Of a stretch of DNA of 64,000 bases, positions 50,916 to 63,868 are shown one piece after another. Source of the DNA: Haliotis rubra (Eukaryota); NCBI RefSeq assembly GCF_003918875.1, contig NW_025766447.1, positions 3,348,001-3,412,000 of the forward strand, in the 5' to 3' direction. Within the stretch, counting starts at the first letter, position 1, and each line of letters opens with the position of its first letter. A model generated the notes under the pieces. It did no database searches. It saw only the letters and a program-made list of their open reading frames with translations, and was not told where the DNA came from. The position numbers and the translations under genes are program-made.

Positions 50916-51073
50916 CGGCGGTGGGGTAGCCGAGTGGTTAAAGCGTTCGCTCATCACGCCGAAGACCCGGGTTCGATTCCCCACATGGGTACAATGTGTG
51001 AAGCCCAGTTCTGGTGTCCCCCGCCGTGATATTGCTGGAATATTGCTAAAAGCGCGGAAAAGCATACTCACTC
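50916..51073 (+). mobile_element. Family A SINE
   Basis: TSD tgactcaagta. Confidence 0.92.
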
Positions 51074-51804
51074 TGACTCAAGTAAACCTTTTTGGTGAAT
51101 TACTTCATTGACAGGCATATAAAAGTTGGAGTACCTAGTAAGTATAGGATTTATGGACGAACAATGTCTTGACGAGGACTGACGTTTCGGTGTAGATTCT
51201 AACAGGTTACTGCTTTATTTGCAGTGAGAGCGACGTTTCAACAAACCGGAACGTATGTCATCCTTAAATCTTATCCTTACTTCTTTGGTATTGTGACGAC
51301 TATTAACGTGTAAAAGAATTTAAAACACCGAGAAAGAAATAATTGTTTGTTTAACCATATCCTTGAGTTATGTGTCGGGTGCCGGAAATAAGCGATGTTT
51401 TCCCGCAAATTATATGAGTAACTGAAACACATCTCACCCACTTATACATTATCTCACAATACAAGCCATCATCCCAACATATACAATGTGTCTGTGACGG
51501 GATACCTTTCAGTATAGCGACACTAAACATGGTCGTGCAAAGATGTATGATGTCCGAAAACATATAAAACAGAATCCGACGATATAGTACTGGACATCTG
51601 AAATACAATTAGCATCACTTCCTGTATAGATACATACGACATGGTCGTTTTAGCTAGAATACAAGAATATTCGTTTTGTCGAGAAATACATGTTTTTGTT
51701 TACAAATTGAAATGCAGAAGCGAAAATTTATTCATAAGATATGTCCCATAACATCGGTTATTTGGCAACCTCTATCTGATTTTACTGTTTATTCATTTGA
51801 TAAG

Positions 51805-51972
51805 GACCCATGAAGATCCGGGCTAGAATTGGTCTTCAGTAACCCATGCTTGTCGTAAGAGGCGACTAACAGGATCGGGTGGTCAGCTCGCTGACTTGGT
51901 TGACACACGTCACCGTATCCCAATTACGTAGGTTGATGTGCATGCTGTCGGTCACCGGATTGTCTGGTCCTG
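51805..51972 (+). mobile_element. Family B short retroposon, 3' part missing; best-preserved head
   Basis: gacccatgaagatccgggctagaattggtcttcagtaacccatgcttgtcgtaagaggcgactaac. Confidence 0.85.
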
Positions 51973-53121
51973 GCGAATCACCGACGTCCATAATAGTACT
52001 CGGTTTGCCTTGGACATTTTAGAAATACAGATGCAAGCAGAAAACCCTATTCCCTTGTCAGACCCTTGTCGTCCTAATAGAGGCAGTCAGTGTGCATCCA
52101 GTGGAATGCTAGCTCAGGGTGGGGTGGGGTGGGGTGTGTGTGTGTGTTGGGGGAGGGGGGGCAACTGACTACCTTTCTGGATCCTACATTCTACAGTGAA
52201 GCCAAGAGTACACTTGCAGGGAACAGTCATTATTTACCACTAAGATATCACAATATCAGAGACCCGTCGTCCAATATAGAGACCGGGTATTGTTCAGGTG
52301 GGGAACTGATGACAGCACGTACACTGCTGAAAAGCAAAGCACTTTTTTCAGACATGTGAAATTATTCTGAAAAATTAAAAAGTTCGGCAACACTTTCATA
52401 TATCTTTGGGTCAACAGGTCGAAACGTATATTTTGAATTTGGATGCTATATTTCTCTAAGGATACATTTGCAATGCTAATGTTACATATTGTCTATTTCG
52501 GACAAGCTGTTTAAGACATTTTACTTAATGAAAAGTAATTTTCGTAACTGTTTTTTATAGCTTTCTGGATGCGTATTATATTGTCTTGAATGTCCAATGT
52601 AGATGCACTACTTTATTTAATCAAACTCTGAATGACTTGAATGAAGGCCAACTGACAAGGAACGCCAATATGGATAGGAATTTGATCCATATCACACACA
52701 CGAGTACCACGTCACACAAATCAGGGGAAAACAGTTAAATACAAAAACAGTATTTTGATTGTCAAATCAATGAGATCATTTCATCTTCAAAACAGAAGAA
52801 TGTGTTACTTTTTACAAAACAATCCTCTTACAACCACTCCAGCTAGCGTCCCAGTTTTAATGCTTCCAATTTGTTTATAATCCCCCCGTATTGGCGGATT
52901 ATTTCCCACCGGACAACGATCATCATTGCTAGATATGTGTTCGATGGTGTCGTGCTGATTGGCTGTTGACGTGGACTGACCTATCGACGTAGTTTATACC
53001 GGAGATACAAACACCTGAATACCATCGTCGTTTCAGAGCGAGGGGATTAATATCCGATTGGCTCCGTGGACGGAATACAATAAACTGTCATTGACGTTCT
53101 CCGATCTTTCAATTGTACTTA

Positions 53122-53287
53122 GGGGCGGTGGGGTAGCCTAATGGTTAAAGCGTTGGCTCGTCACGCCGAAGACCCGGGTTCGAATCCCCACATGGGTACA
53201 ATGTGTGAAGCCCATTTCTGGTGTCCCCCGCCGGGTTGTTGCTGGAATATTGCTAAAAGCGGCGTAAAACCAAACTCAGTCAGTCAG
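53122..53287 (+). mobile_element. Family A SINE
   Basis: TSD tcaattgtactta. Confidence 0.92.
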
Positions 53288-53459
53288 TCAATTGTACTTA
53301 AGGACATACATGACACTGACTTTTACTGATACTAGTGTGTGGTTAGTGGTTCAAGGCGCCTGATCTGGTATCGATCAGAGATACCGTCATTAACAAGCAT
53401 CGGTCAGTCTTCAGCCATTTATGACCCTTGGCTTGTCTCTGCTAAACACAGGGGGACAG

Positions 53460-53610
53460 CGAGCGGTGGGGTAGCCTAGTGGTTAAAGCTGGTCACACCG
53501 AATTCCTGAATTTGATTCCCGATATGGGTACAATGTATACTCATTTCAGCTGTTTGCCGCCGTGGTATTGCTGGAATATTGCTAAAGGGTGCTTAAAACC
53601 CAATCACTCG
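53460..53610 (+). mobile_element. Family A SINE, degenerate
   Basis: gcggtggggtagcctagtggttaaagc head and gctggaatattgctaaa tail. Confidence 0.8.
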
Positions 53611-53933
53611 AGAGCACAGTCGTATATAGGGCGCTGCAGTTTGCTTAGCAGAGTTCAAATCATCATCAAATCTGTTCCGTCTGATCCTGTTTCTTGGTTT
53701 GCCAGCACCACGCATGCCCGTCCTCACAGGTTTTCACTAAGAGGTAAACCACCCAAACCCGTGTAACTTATCATTTGGAACTTCCCTCCCACATCAAGCT
53801 TCCACACCGTAATAGGTCTGAAATACTGTTGAAAATGGCATGAGGATATTGTGAGTCAGATGGTCGTACTCTCTTAAACAGTCGTGACACATAACCCCAT
53901 CTATATGTATGCCTGTCTGTCTGTATGTATGTA

Positions 53934-54088
53934 NNNNNNNNNNNNNNNNNNNNNNNNNNNNNNNNNNNNNNNNNNNNNNNNNNNNNNNNNNNNNNNNNNN
54001 NNNNNNNNNNNNNNNNNNNNNNNNNNNNNNNNNNNNNNNNNNNNNNNNNNNNNNNNNNNNNNNNNNNNNNNNNNNNNNNNNNNNNNNN
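53934..54088. other. Assembly gap
   Basis: Run of N. Confidence 1.
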
Positions 54089-54522
54089 CGTTCGGTGACT
54101 TAGTGCGGATCGTTGTTACTGGATTAACGGGTCACAACTCCTTACACGCATCAGGCGCATGGCTTCCTATTACGCAGGTTCGCAAACGACGTCACATTAA
54201 TAACTTATAAGCTGTTCTATAGTGTCTACAGATACACTTGAAAGTGTGTTGAGATATTTCCACAGACAATATGTTGCTGGGATAGCATGGTGTATTGACC
54301 AGCGTCATTTCAACTATTTAACGTTGATTGATATGATTCCTGTGTTTGATAAGGACTGAACAGGTGCTTGCAAGGCTGTTCAATAGATCACTGGAGAGAT
54401 TTAACTTCCTCGATTATTACTTTGGACTGCCCCAATGTCACAAAGTATGTATTGACGACATTTACAGGGTTTACACTTATGTCTAAATGCTTCGTAGTTA
54501 CAGATATTTTCCATATATGACT

Positions 54523-56640
54523 GTTTACACATATTCCTAGTTTACACACATAGTTTACACATATTCCTATAGTTTACACATATTCCTACATAGTTTACAC
54601 ATATTCCTACATAGTTTACACATATTCCTACATAGTTTACACATATTCCTACATAGTTTACACATTTACTACATATTCCCACATAGTTTACACATATTCT
54701 ATATAGTTTACACATATTCCTACATAGTTTACACATATTCCTACATAGTTTACACATATTCCTACATAGTTTACACATATACCTACATAGTTTACACATA
54801 TTCCTACATAGTTTACACATATTCCTACATAGTTTACACATATTCCTACATAGTTTACACATATTCCTACATAGTTTACACATATTCCTACATAGTTTAC
54901 ACATATTCCTACATAGTTTACACATATTCCTACATAGGTTACACATATTCCTACATAGTTTACACATATTCCTACACAGATTACACATATTCCTACATAC
55001 ATTACACATCACACATAGTTTACACATACATAGTTTACACATGGTCTTACATAGTTTACACATATTCCTACATATTCCCACATAGTTTACACATATTCCT
55101 ACATAGTTTACACATATTCCTACATAGTTTACACATATTCCTACATAGTTTACACATATTCCTACATAGGTTACACATTTACACATAGTTTACACATATT
55201 CCTACATAGTTTACACATATTCCTACATAGTTTACACATAGGTTTATTCCTACACATAGTTTACACATACACACATAGTTTACACATATTCCTACATAGT
55301 TTACACATACACCACATATTCCTACATAGTTTACACATATTCACATGGTTACACTTACATACCTACATAGTTTACACATATTCCTACATAGGTTACTACA
55401 TATTCCTATATTCCCACAGTTTACACATATTCCTACATAGATTACACATATTCCACATAGTTTACACATATTCCTACATAGTTTACACATATTCCTACAT
55501 AGTTTACACATATTCCTACATAGTTTACACATATTCCTACATAGGTTACACATATACCACATAGTTTACACATATTCCTACATAGGTTACACATATTCCT
55601 ACATAGTTTACACATATTCCTACACAGATTACACATATTCCTACATAGGTTACACATATTCCTAAATAGTTTAAACAAATTCCTACACAGATTACACATA
55701 TTCTTACATAGTTTTCACACGTTCCTACATAGTTTACACATATTCCTCCGCCATATGGCTTGAATATTGCTGAGTGTGGCTTAAAGCTTTACTCACTTAC
55801 TACACATATTACCACATAGTGACACATATTCCCATATAGTTTACACATACCTCTTCATAGTTTACACATATTCCTTCATAGTTTACACATGTTCCTACAT
55901 AGTTTACCCATATTCCTATATAGTTTACGCATATTCCTACATAGCTTACACCTATTCTTGCATAGTTTTCAAATATTCTTACATAATTTACACATATTCC
56001 TACATAGTTTACACCTATTCTTGCATAGTTTTCAAATATTCCTACATAGTTTACACATATTCTTGCATAGTTTTCAAATATTGCTACATAATTTACACAC
56101 ATTCCTACAAAGATTATACATATTCTGGCATAGTTTTCAAATATTCCAACATAGTTTACACATATGCCTACATTTTTACACATTTTCCTAGATAGCTTAC
56201 ACACATTCTTGGATATTTTTCAAATATTCCTACATAGTCTACACATACTCCTACATAGTTTACACATATTCCCACATAGTTTACACACATTCCTACATCG
56301 TTTACACATATTCCTACATAGATAACATATATTCTTGCATAGTTTTCACTTATTCCTACATAGTTTACACATATTCCTGCATAGCTTACACATATTCTAT
56401 ATAGTTTACACATATTCCTACATACTTCACACGTATACTCTACATCGTGTACACATATTCCCACATAGTTTACACATATTCCTACATAGCTTACACATAT
56501 TCTTGCATAGTTTTCAAATATTCCTACATAGTTTACACATATACGTACATAGTTTACACATATTCCTACATAGCTTACATATATTCTTGCATAGTTTTCA
56601 ATTATTCCTACATAGTTTACACATATTCCTACAGTTTACA
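54523..56640. repeat. 21-bp satellite, ~100 copies
   Basis: Unit catagtttacacatattccta. Confidence 0.97.
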
Positions 56641-57395
56641 GTTATGCTCTATGTAGTGTACTCTTACGCATGCATAGTTTACTAGTACACTCATGTAATA
56701 TACACGATTACTCTATATAATTAACACATACTTATACATAGTTTACACGTACACTCTATATAGTTCACATTTATGCCCAAGCTCTTGACAGGGAATTCCT
56801 AAATAGATGACGTTCATGCCCAATACCCGATATACTTCACACTTATACCTAATACAGTTTACACTTACAAACCATATAGCATATACTCGGTGAATTCTGT
56901 ATTGCGACAGACGTATGAATATCAATACGCGGGGAATAACACCTTTTTAGTATGCTGTGCATGTACTCGTTAATCTTCGCTCAATCTTCCTTTTAAATTA
57001 GAAAAATATATGTCCTGGTTAAGACCTCACTAAATGACAGATGAAGTGGGTTAGCTAAGTGCTAAAATCATTCACTCCTTAAGCCGAAAGCCCTGGTTTG
57101 ATTCCCTACATGCATGCATTGTCTAGAGCCCATTTCTGCAGTCCTTCGCCGTGATATAATATTGATAAAAAGAGGCGGAAAAAACAAACAGTCTCAGACC
57201 AAACTATACAAATAACATACAGACTTAAAATCGGTAGTAAGATCTAACTTTCTTGCCGACAGAATGTGGCAAATATGTTTGACATCACAGTGAGATTCTT
57301 TGTTATCTTTGCTTGTTTGCTTTTGTTCTGAAACTTTCAAATCTTAACACGAGTGTTATTGTGTGTGTTGGTTGGGACAGTTTTACAGTCAGTGG

Positions 57396-57397
<2 letters not shown>

Positions 57398-57432
<35 letters not shown>

Positions 57433-57433
57433 T
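57398..57433. repeat. (GCGT)n microsatellite
   Basis: Direct observation. Confidence 0.95.
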
Positions 57434-57975
57434 GTGTTTGTTGGTCATGTCAGTGTTACAGTTAGTGTTTGTGTGTAAGGGATAGGTTGGTAAGGTAGAG
57501 TGAAAGGGGTCTAGACGAATCTATATGGGTTTGGGTTCAGGGTTAAAGTTCAGGGGTAGGAGGCTGGGGTATATTCAAAACGACACTTGTATTCGCATCA
57601 TTGTATACTAATAAACACATAAATAAACACATATCCATGTGGATCACTGACTGTTGTGGGAAATATGAAAATTCATTCAAACATACAACGGATTTGCAAC
57701 ATAGCTTTTCAAATTCGAAACCAGCGGGACCATTCGAGTAACACCAAGTGATATTCGTTCATGGAAAGTAACGGGAGAACGCTAGAGCAGATAACTCACG
57801 GTACCATAAACCTGTCACGTTACCCTCGATGATCACTAGAGTGGATCGTGATATGGAGTGATGACCTCACTCCCACCACAACCACCGAATGCAGAAAGTT
57901 GAACAAACATCGGATCCAGTCGGCGTTACAATCAATGCGACGTCCATTAACACGCTGACGGCCATCACTCTGCAT

Positions 57976-58130
57976 GAGTGAGTGAGTTTGATTTTACGCC
58001 GCTTTTAGCAATATTTCAGCAATATCACGGTTTTGGACACCAGAAATGGGCTTAACACAATGTACCCATGTGGGGTATCGAACCCGGTCTTCGGCGTGAC
58101 GAGCGAACGCTTTAACCACAAGGCTACCCT
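57976..58130 (-). mobile_element. Family A SINE
   Basis: Reverse-strand copy with (actc)n tail. Confidence 0.88.
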
Positions 58131-58801
58131 CTACCATGAAGAAGACTGATCTTCATACTGTAACATGTTGTCTTGACCATGAGGTGTGCCGTGCGAGGCG
58201 TGGCTGCAAACTGTGGCGTAAGCCTGGACGTCGTGGTCTCATGTTATGTTCCCGTAATCGATGCCTCACAATTATTGCACTAATCGGACGTAAGCCAGAT
58301 ACTAGACGTACTGCACGCCAACGGTTTCACAAGTCAACCAGACGGATGTGATTATCTTGTCGACGAGTTTACCCGTGGGCGTCCTCGATGCTGCCACCAC
58401 GTCGGTCCACGATGCTGCCATTCTGTCGACATCGACTCTAAGGGTATGGTGTATGATACGGAAAAACACTTTCAATGTTTTGAGCAGTTTCATTTTCATA
58501 CATTCCGACTGCAAGTAACTCCTCACTTTGAGACAGCTGTCGCATAATGTGTACGAGGTTTATCCGTCAACAAAGTTACTTTTCACAGATAAAACACTTC
58601 AACGATATACAAACTTTGACTTGACTCGACCCCTCGAGTACTATAAATGTGTGTCCAACTTCTTACTCGTGAGATTCCATGCATGCAATGACCCGATAGC
58701 ACGTGCAATGTCAGGGTCACCGAGGGTAAGCACCACGAAATGATAGTAAAGCAGTTATCATGCATGAACCTGATAAATCCAAGGCAATCATAATTTGAAG
58801 T

Positions 58802-59011
58802 NNNNNNNNNNNNNNNNNNNNNNNNNNNNNNNNNNNNNNNNNNNNNNNNNNNNNNNNNNNNNNNNNNNNNNNNNNNNNNNNNNNNNNNNNNNNNNNNNNN
58901 NNNNNNNNNNNNNNNNNNNNNNNNNNNNNNNNNNNNNNNNNNNNNNNNNNNNNNNNNNNNNNNNNNNNNNNNNNNNNNNNNNNNNNNNNNNNNNNNNNNN
59001 NNNNNNNNNNN
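58802..59011. other. Assembly gap
   Basis: Run of N. Confidence 1.
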
Positions 59012-59832
59012 CCAAAACACAAAAACCCCCAAACAAACAAACAAAGACCCAAACCAAACAAACCGATCCCCCTCCCTCTCCGCGCCAACCAAAATAAAAA
59101 CCCATCAAAAATTAAAACAAACATCCCAGTCAATATGAGGAATACAGAATGAACGTGTATTCATTGCATGATGCAAGGTTGCATTGTAAGTCTATGTTTA
59201 TTGAGAACATTAAACACATCAAGTGATTATCAAGGAATTTTGCTTATTGTTTAAGGACGATTCGCCACTTCTAACCCCTCTTACGAAGCACATACATATT
59301 TCAAGTTGTTACCCTTGTCCATCAACAAGCATACTAATGTCGAGGAGGCGTTGAGAAGAAGCGAAACAACATACACAACCACTCAGTTGATCTCTGCCGT
59401 CGCTTGAATTAGAATCTATAGTCAGATCTGACCAATGAGCGACGTTCGTTAGTACATTTACACGTTCTCTGCCATGATATGGCAAACACAACACCTGGAG
59501 TGGTGTAGAAGTAGCGCATCTGTAATCAGTGAGTGGAAGTCTGCATTGTAGTCTAGGTATATATCACTATACTATAGTGTTGAGTGTTAAATTATGCAAA
59601 TTGTGTTTGACATTGGAATATGTTCAGTTTGGGCCTTACAGTTAAAGGGTACATGTGAAAATGTTTCGATCGGAACAATATTTTATTCCGGTTATGGGTT
59701 GTTCCTAAAACATATTTTTCTGTTCAAACAAACAACAAACGTCATATCGGATTTGGTTGGTAGGTCTCAGATATTTGATGTTCATCTCATCTGATTATAT
59801 TAGTCTAGACTTTGGTTTCTGGCAACAGGACT

Positions 59833-62800
59833 ATGGGTACCAGAACGTTCATCACTTCTCCAGTCAGTCTGCTGGGAGTGCTCTCCGTGACTGTCATCTG
59901 CGTGAATGGCTTCCTTCCAAACAGATTAAGTCCGATGGCGTCAAAATCTGACTTCACCCACCAGGACATCACAGAGACCGGCATCTTGAGAGCTGTGGCG
60001 GAGATGTTCGAAGAGACGCCTTTGTTTGATAGGCCCATTAAACACGGAGAACTTACAGGACTAACCAACATCACGGCCAGATCACTGTTTGACAAATATT
60101 ATGGAGGTACGTTTAACATTTGGGCTTTAAGTACTTATATATTCAAATATATCATTGGGACTTTGATTGTACAGTGGACAAAGGCGCTGCAGCATGCTAT
60201 GCAAATGGCCTTCCTTAGGCAATGCGGTCGTCGGGTGTTCCAATTCTAAATAAACCCATTATAATCCTTTGTCATTACACTGTCTTACCTCTGTGTGTTT
60301 CACCAAGTCATTTATGGTTTTGTTCCAACAAGAAGCTGCCATGATAGAGCTGAGATTCTCATCAAAACTCATTCACTTTTTTTCTATTTCCTAAAGAATA
60401 AGGTAATTTGTTGCCAGCAGAGATTGTGCGAAGATCTGCAATCCACTGAACCATAGAATATAGTTTTTCGTCGTTCAACCAATTCAATTCCTTATTCAAT
60501 TACATGCTCAGATTATGTATACCCAAAACAATTCTTACACTGGACCCAGAGTCTGTTTGGATGAAAATAGTAGAAAAAATGCGATCTTCTTCGATTTTAG
60601 GGGAGGCTCTAAAACCAAGTATTTAAAGCGTTCGCACGTAACGGTGAATGAAAAGTTCGACACAATACTCACCACCTCATTTTACTGGAATATTGCTGAA
60701 CTAGGCGAAAACCCATCCACCTCCCTTCACATTGACATCCCTTGCTTTTACAATTCTATATCAACTGATATCATTTAAAAGTGGAGTTTGACGTATCTTC
60801 TGAATCTATCAAATGTTTGTTAATAGAATATGTAAAATTCAGATTCAAACTTAGTTTACGCTATCTAAAATGTGATATTTATTGAAATGTAAAACAAACT
60901 AGCTAGACATTTCTATAAGATAACCGTTTCTGAGTACATACGATCGACTGCCATTCTTTACTCATACTGAAAACGTGGAATCTTCGTTCAGAACTATTAT
61001 GATGAGGAATATAACTGACACTCAATCTTGGGGCCGTTAGAGTAATCCAGCGGTTAAAGTGTTCGCCCGTCTCGCTAAAGACCCGGGTTGGATTCCCCAC
61101 ACGGGCACGTTGTTTGAAGCCTAGATCTGGTGGCCCCCGCAGTGATATTGCTGGAATATTGCTAAAAGCGGCGTAAAACTATAGTCTCTTCACTCAACCT
61201 GATCACGTCACAAACGATATGTGCATGACTTTCTAATGTTCTGGTTGAGGGGAGACGAAAACAATATTCAAACACAACACATTTTAAGTATATAGTGTTT
61301 AGTAAAGCACGGGGATAAAATAATGCTAACGCCCTTCACAAATATCAAATCGCGAACCATTTATGATAAGAAAAGCAAAACAAAGACAACAACCAACCAA
61401 TCAACAACTCCCATATTCACCCTATAACTGCACTGCTTCGGACTTACACACTGTGTTATCTACTGATCGTTCCCAAATTGCGTGATCAATTATGATATAT
61501 AAAAAAGTCAGCCACGTTGAAGTTTACAAGGTTCTTGACATCGTTAAAGCGATTCAATCAATAATGATGTTTGCAAACAACTGATTTTGTTAATTACCAT
61601 TAACCGGCATGATTATTTTAAAAACATTTCACTTCAGCCACCGCACTGGCTCTGTCAAGCACTGGCAACAGAGCAATCAGACACGAATCTCGCATTAGGT
61701 TGGTCATATATCGTTCGCCTTACTTAAATGTTCTATGGAGTCTATCATTATACAAACACAGGCCTCTGAGGATCGACGAAAGTGAGGTATTTGACAGGCA
61801 TACGGCATAAACACTCCATGAAATATCTGTCGTGTAATTGATTGAGTGATTATGGCGTGGCATTGGGTGACGGATCAGATGAACCACGAGAGGGGAATAT
61901 TAACAACCGATGCACGTACAGCTCCAGATTAATCCCAAGATCTCCTGCTGACTATGAGTATGAAGTATATTTCCCCAGTCACTGACCTCTGAAGCAAAGT
62001 GATGACAACATGAAGATTATGTTTCAAGGTGTACAAAGGCAGCTGTGAGAATGGCTCAACACTGATGAAGTGTATTAGAAATGTTCCCCTCTCTTTTTGT
62101 CGGTTGTTTGACGCAACACTCAGTAATAATCCGCCTATATGACGGAGTCTGAACCAGACAATCCAGTGATTGGTGTTATTAGCAACGATCCACGTCGTCG
62201 GGGGCGAAAAGGCCAGATCACCTTATCCCTTTCGTTGCCGCTTACGATATGCAGAGGTTGCTGGAGACATGCTAAGAAATTCTAATATATTTTGCTATAT
62301 ATTACTATATATATTTTGTATATATTACTGAACGGAGGTTCGTGTATGTTATGTGATTAATTACTATCATGAAGTTCTTGACAGGCATTTAAAATTTGGA
62401 CGAACACGAATACATCACACGGATAATGGATTAATGGATAACAACTATTGTTCTTCTTTATCACAACGTTTCAGAGCTAATTTTTGCTCCTTCATGAGGT
62501 GAATGCGGAGTCAGTCAGCCAGTATCTTGGTTTTTACGACCACTTCTAGCAGAGTTAATTTTGCTGAGTCAGTGCATAGAGTTAATATATAGATAGATAG
62601 AACATGTTTACACAGGTGGGGTGGTGGGGGACGGGGTGGTGGTGGTGTGTGTGTGTGTTCAAAAATAACAATATAAGCACGAAACCAATAAGATGGGATG
62701 GTTGTACAAAGATAACAATATAAGACGAAGCCAATGATTATAACACAATGGAGTACACACTGGGAAGGTAGATGCCTTGGTCTCTGTTAATGGCTGGCTT

Positions 62801-63868
62801 CTTACTTTGGATTTTAATGCTTTCTTGAAGGTTCCTCCTTTTTCAGTGATGCTTTTCATAATAGGTACTGTGTCTGAGAAGCTGTTCCAGGAGGCCATCG
62901 ATGACATCGTACAGGCCAACAACAGAGTGGACCAGGACCACTACTCCGAGGCTGCCTGGCACGTCAACGGGGAGGCCATCAAAGAAGGTGATGAAAGAAA
63001 GACACTAAATTACTTAACTTCAAGTGAAGATCATTTACAGATCATACGTTAATCCCAACTTATATGGCTTGGGTCGGCGGATTTGAACTGCTTCTGCCAG
63101 TTTTGTTTTGGTCATGGGGGATGTTTTGTACATTGTCCTATTTCATGTTGTGGTTGGGGCCATTGTGGTTAGGGCATATTGTTTTTCGGTGTAATTTGCT
63201 GGTAGATGTGTACTTTCATACTGTCCCCAGTTAAAAGTCAACAGAAACTAAGGATATCTCAACCCATCTTCATAAACTGAAATAGACCCAGAACAACCTA
63301 ACTATCATGTCTAATTTTATCAGCACCGTACATGTTGTACTACCTCTCGTACAGTTGCTCCAGTTGGTACTGCGTTAATTACTAATATTTATCCCTTCAT
63401 GCACACCATCATGTTGTTAACGTTAAGTCCGTTCTGTGCTGTAGCACATCACTGTTGCTTGACTACAGTATAAGGCTATGTAATAATAATGAGTCATCTT
63501 CTATAGCGCACAGTCTCCAAACACCAAGTGATTGCTCGCGGCGCTTAAAATTGGACACCGAAACGTCCCATCAAAATATGATAAAGAAATTGACTTCTAT
63601 AAAAGTATCTTGTCTTTATTGTTACTCACCAATTTCTAAAATCCCAATCAATCAGTTTATTGTTTGAACCTCATCAATGCGATGATACCTGCAGGTAACG
63701 ACAAGATCACGATGCTACGAGACACAGCCATTAATATTCTAAATAAGACCAAACCCAACTTCGATGCTGCTCGAGAGGTTATTGGTCAGTTTCTTCACAT
63801 TGTCCAGATGTTCTACAGCAACACCAACTGGCCGGAACTCAAAGGAAGCGCGGTGTTTGAAGCTCTAG
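59833..63868 (+). CDS. von Willebrand factor A domain-containing protein 7-like secreted protein, first three coding exons (continues beyond window)
   Basis: Exons 59833-60106, 62865-62987, 63695-63868 with phase-1 junctions. Signal peptide then FLPN..FTHQDITETGIL..LFDKYYG, ANNRVD..WHVNGE, AREVIGQFLHIVQMFYSNTNWPEL, resembling the VWA7 N-terminal domain (THQDLTE, HALQDFYSHSNWVEL). Confidence 0.88.
61030..61193 (+). mobile_element. Family A SINE, diverged
   Basis: gacccgggttggattcccc and gctggaatattgctaaaagcggcgtaaaact. Confidence 0.8.
62095..62265 (-). mobile_element. Family B short retroposon, diverged
   Basis: ccagacaatccagtgat and gttgccgcttacga match the family B reverse strand. Confidence 0.6.
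62461..62502 (-). ncRNA. Degenerate minimal hammerhead ribozyme of Penelope-like type
   Basis: Minus strand reads cac CTCATGA a GGAGC aaaaatta GCTCT GAAA cgttg; CUGAnGA core altered to CUCAUGA. Confidence 0.55.

Noticed and set aside
54542-56685. Cys-rich MCKLCRN and His-rich FLHSLHI ORFs
   Set aside because: Translations of a 21-bp satellite, with no splice or start context.
58583-59133. ORFs spanning the N run (also 53884-54210)
   Set aside because: Artefacts of assembly gaps.
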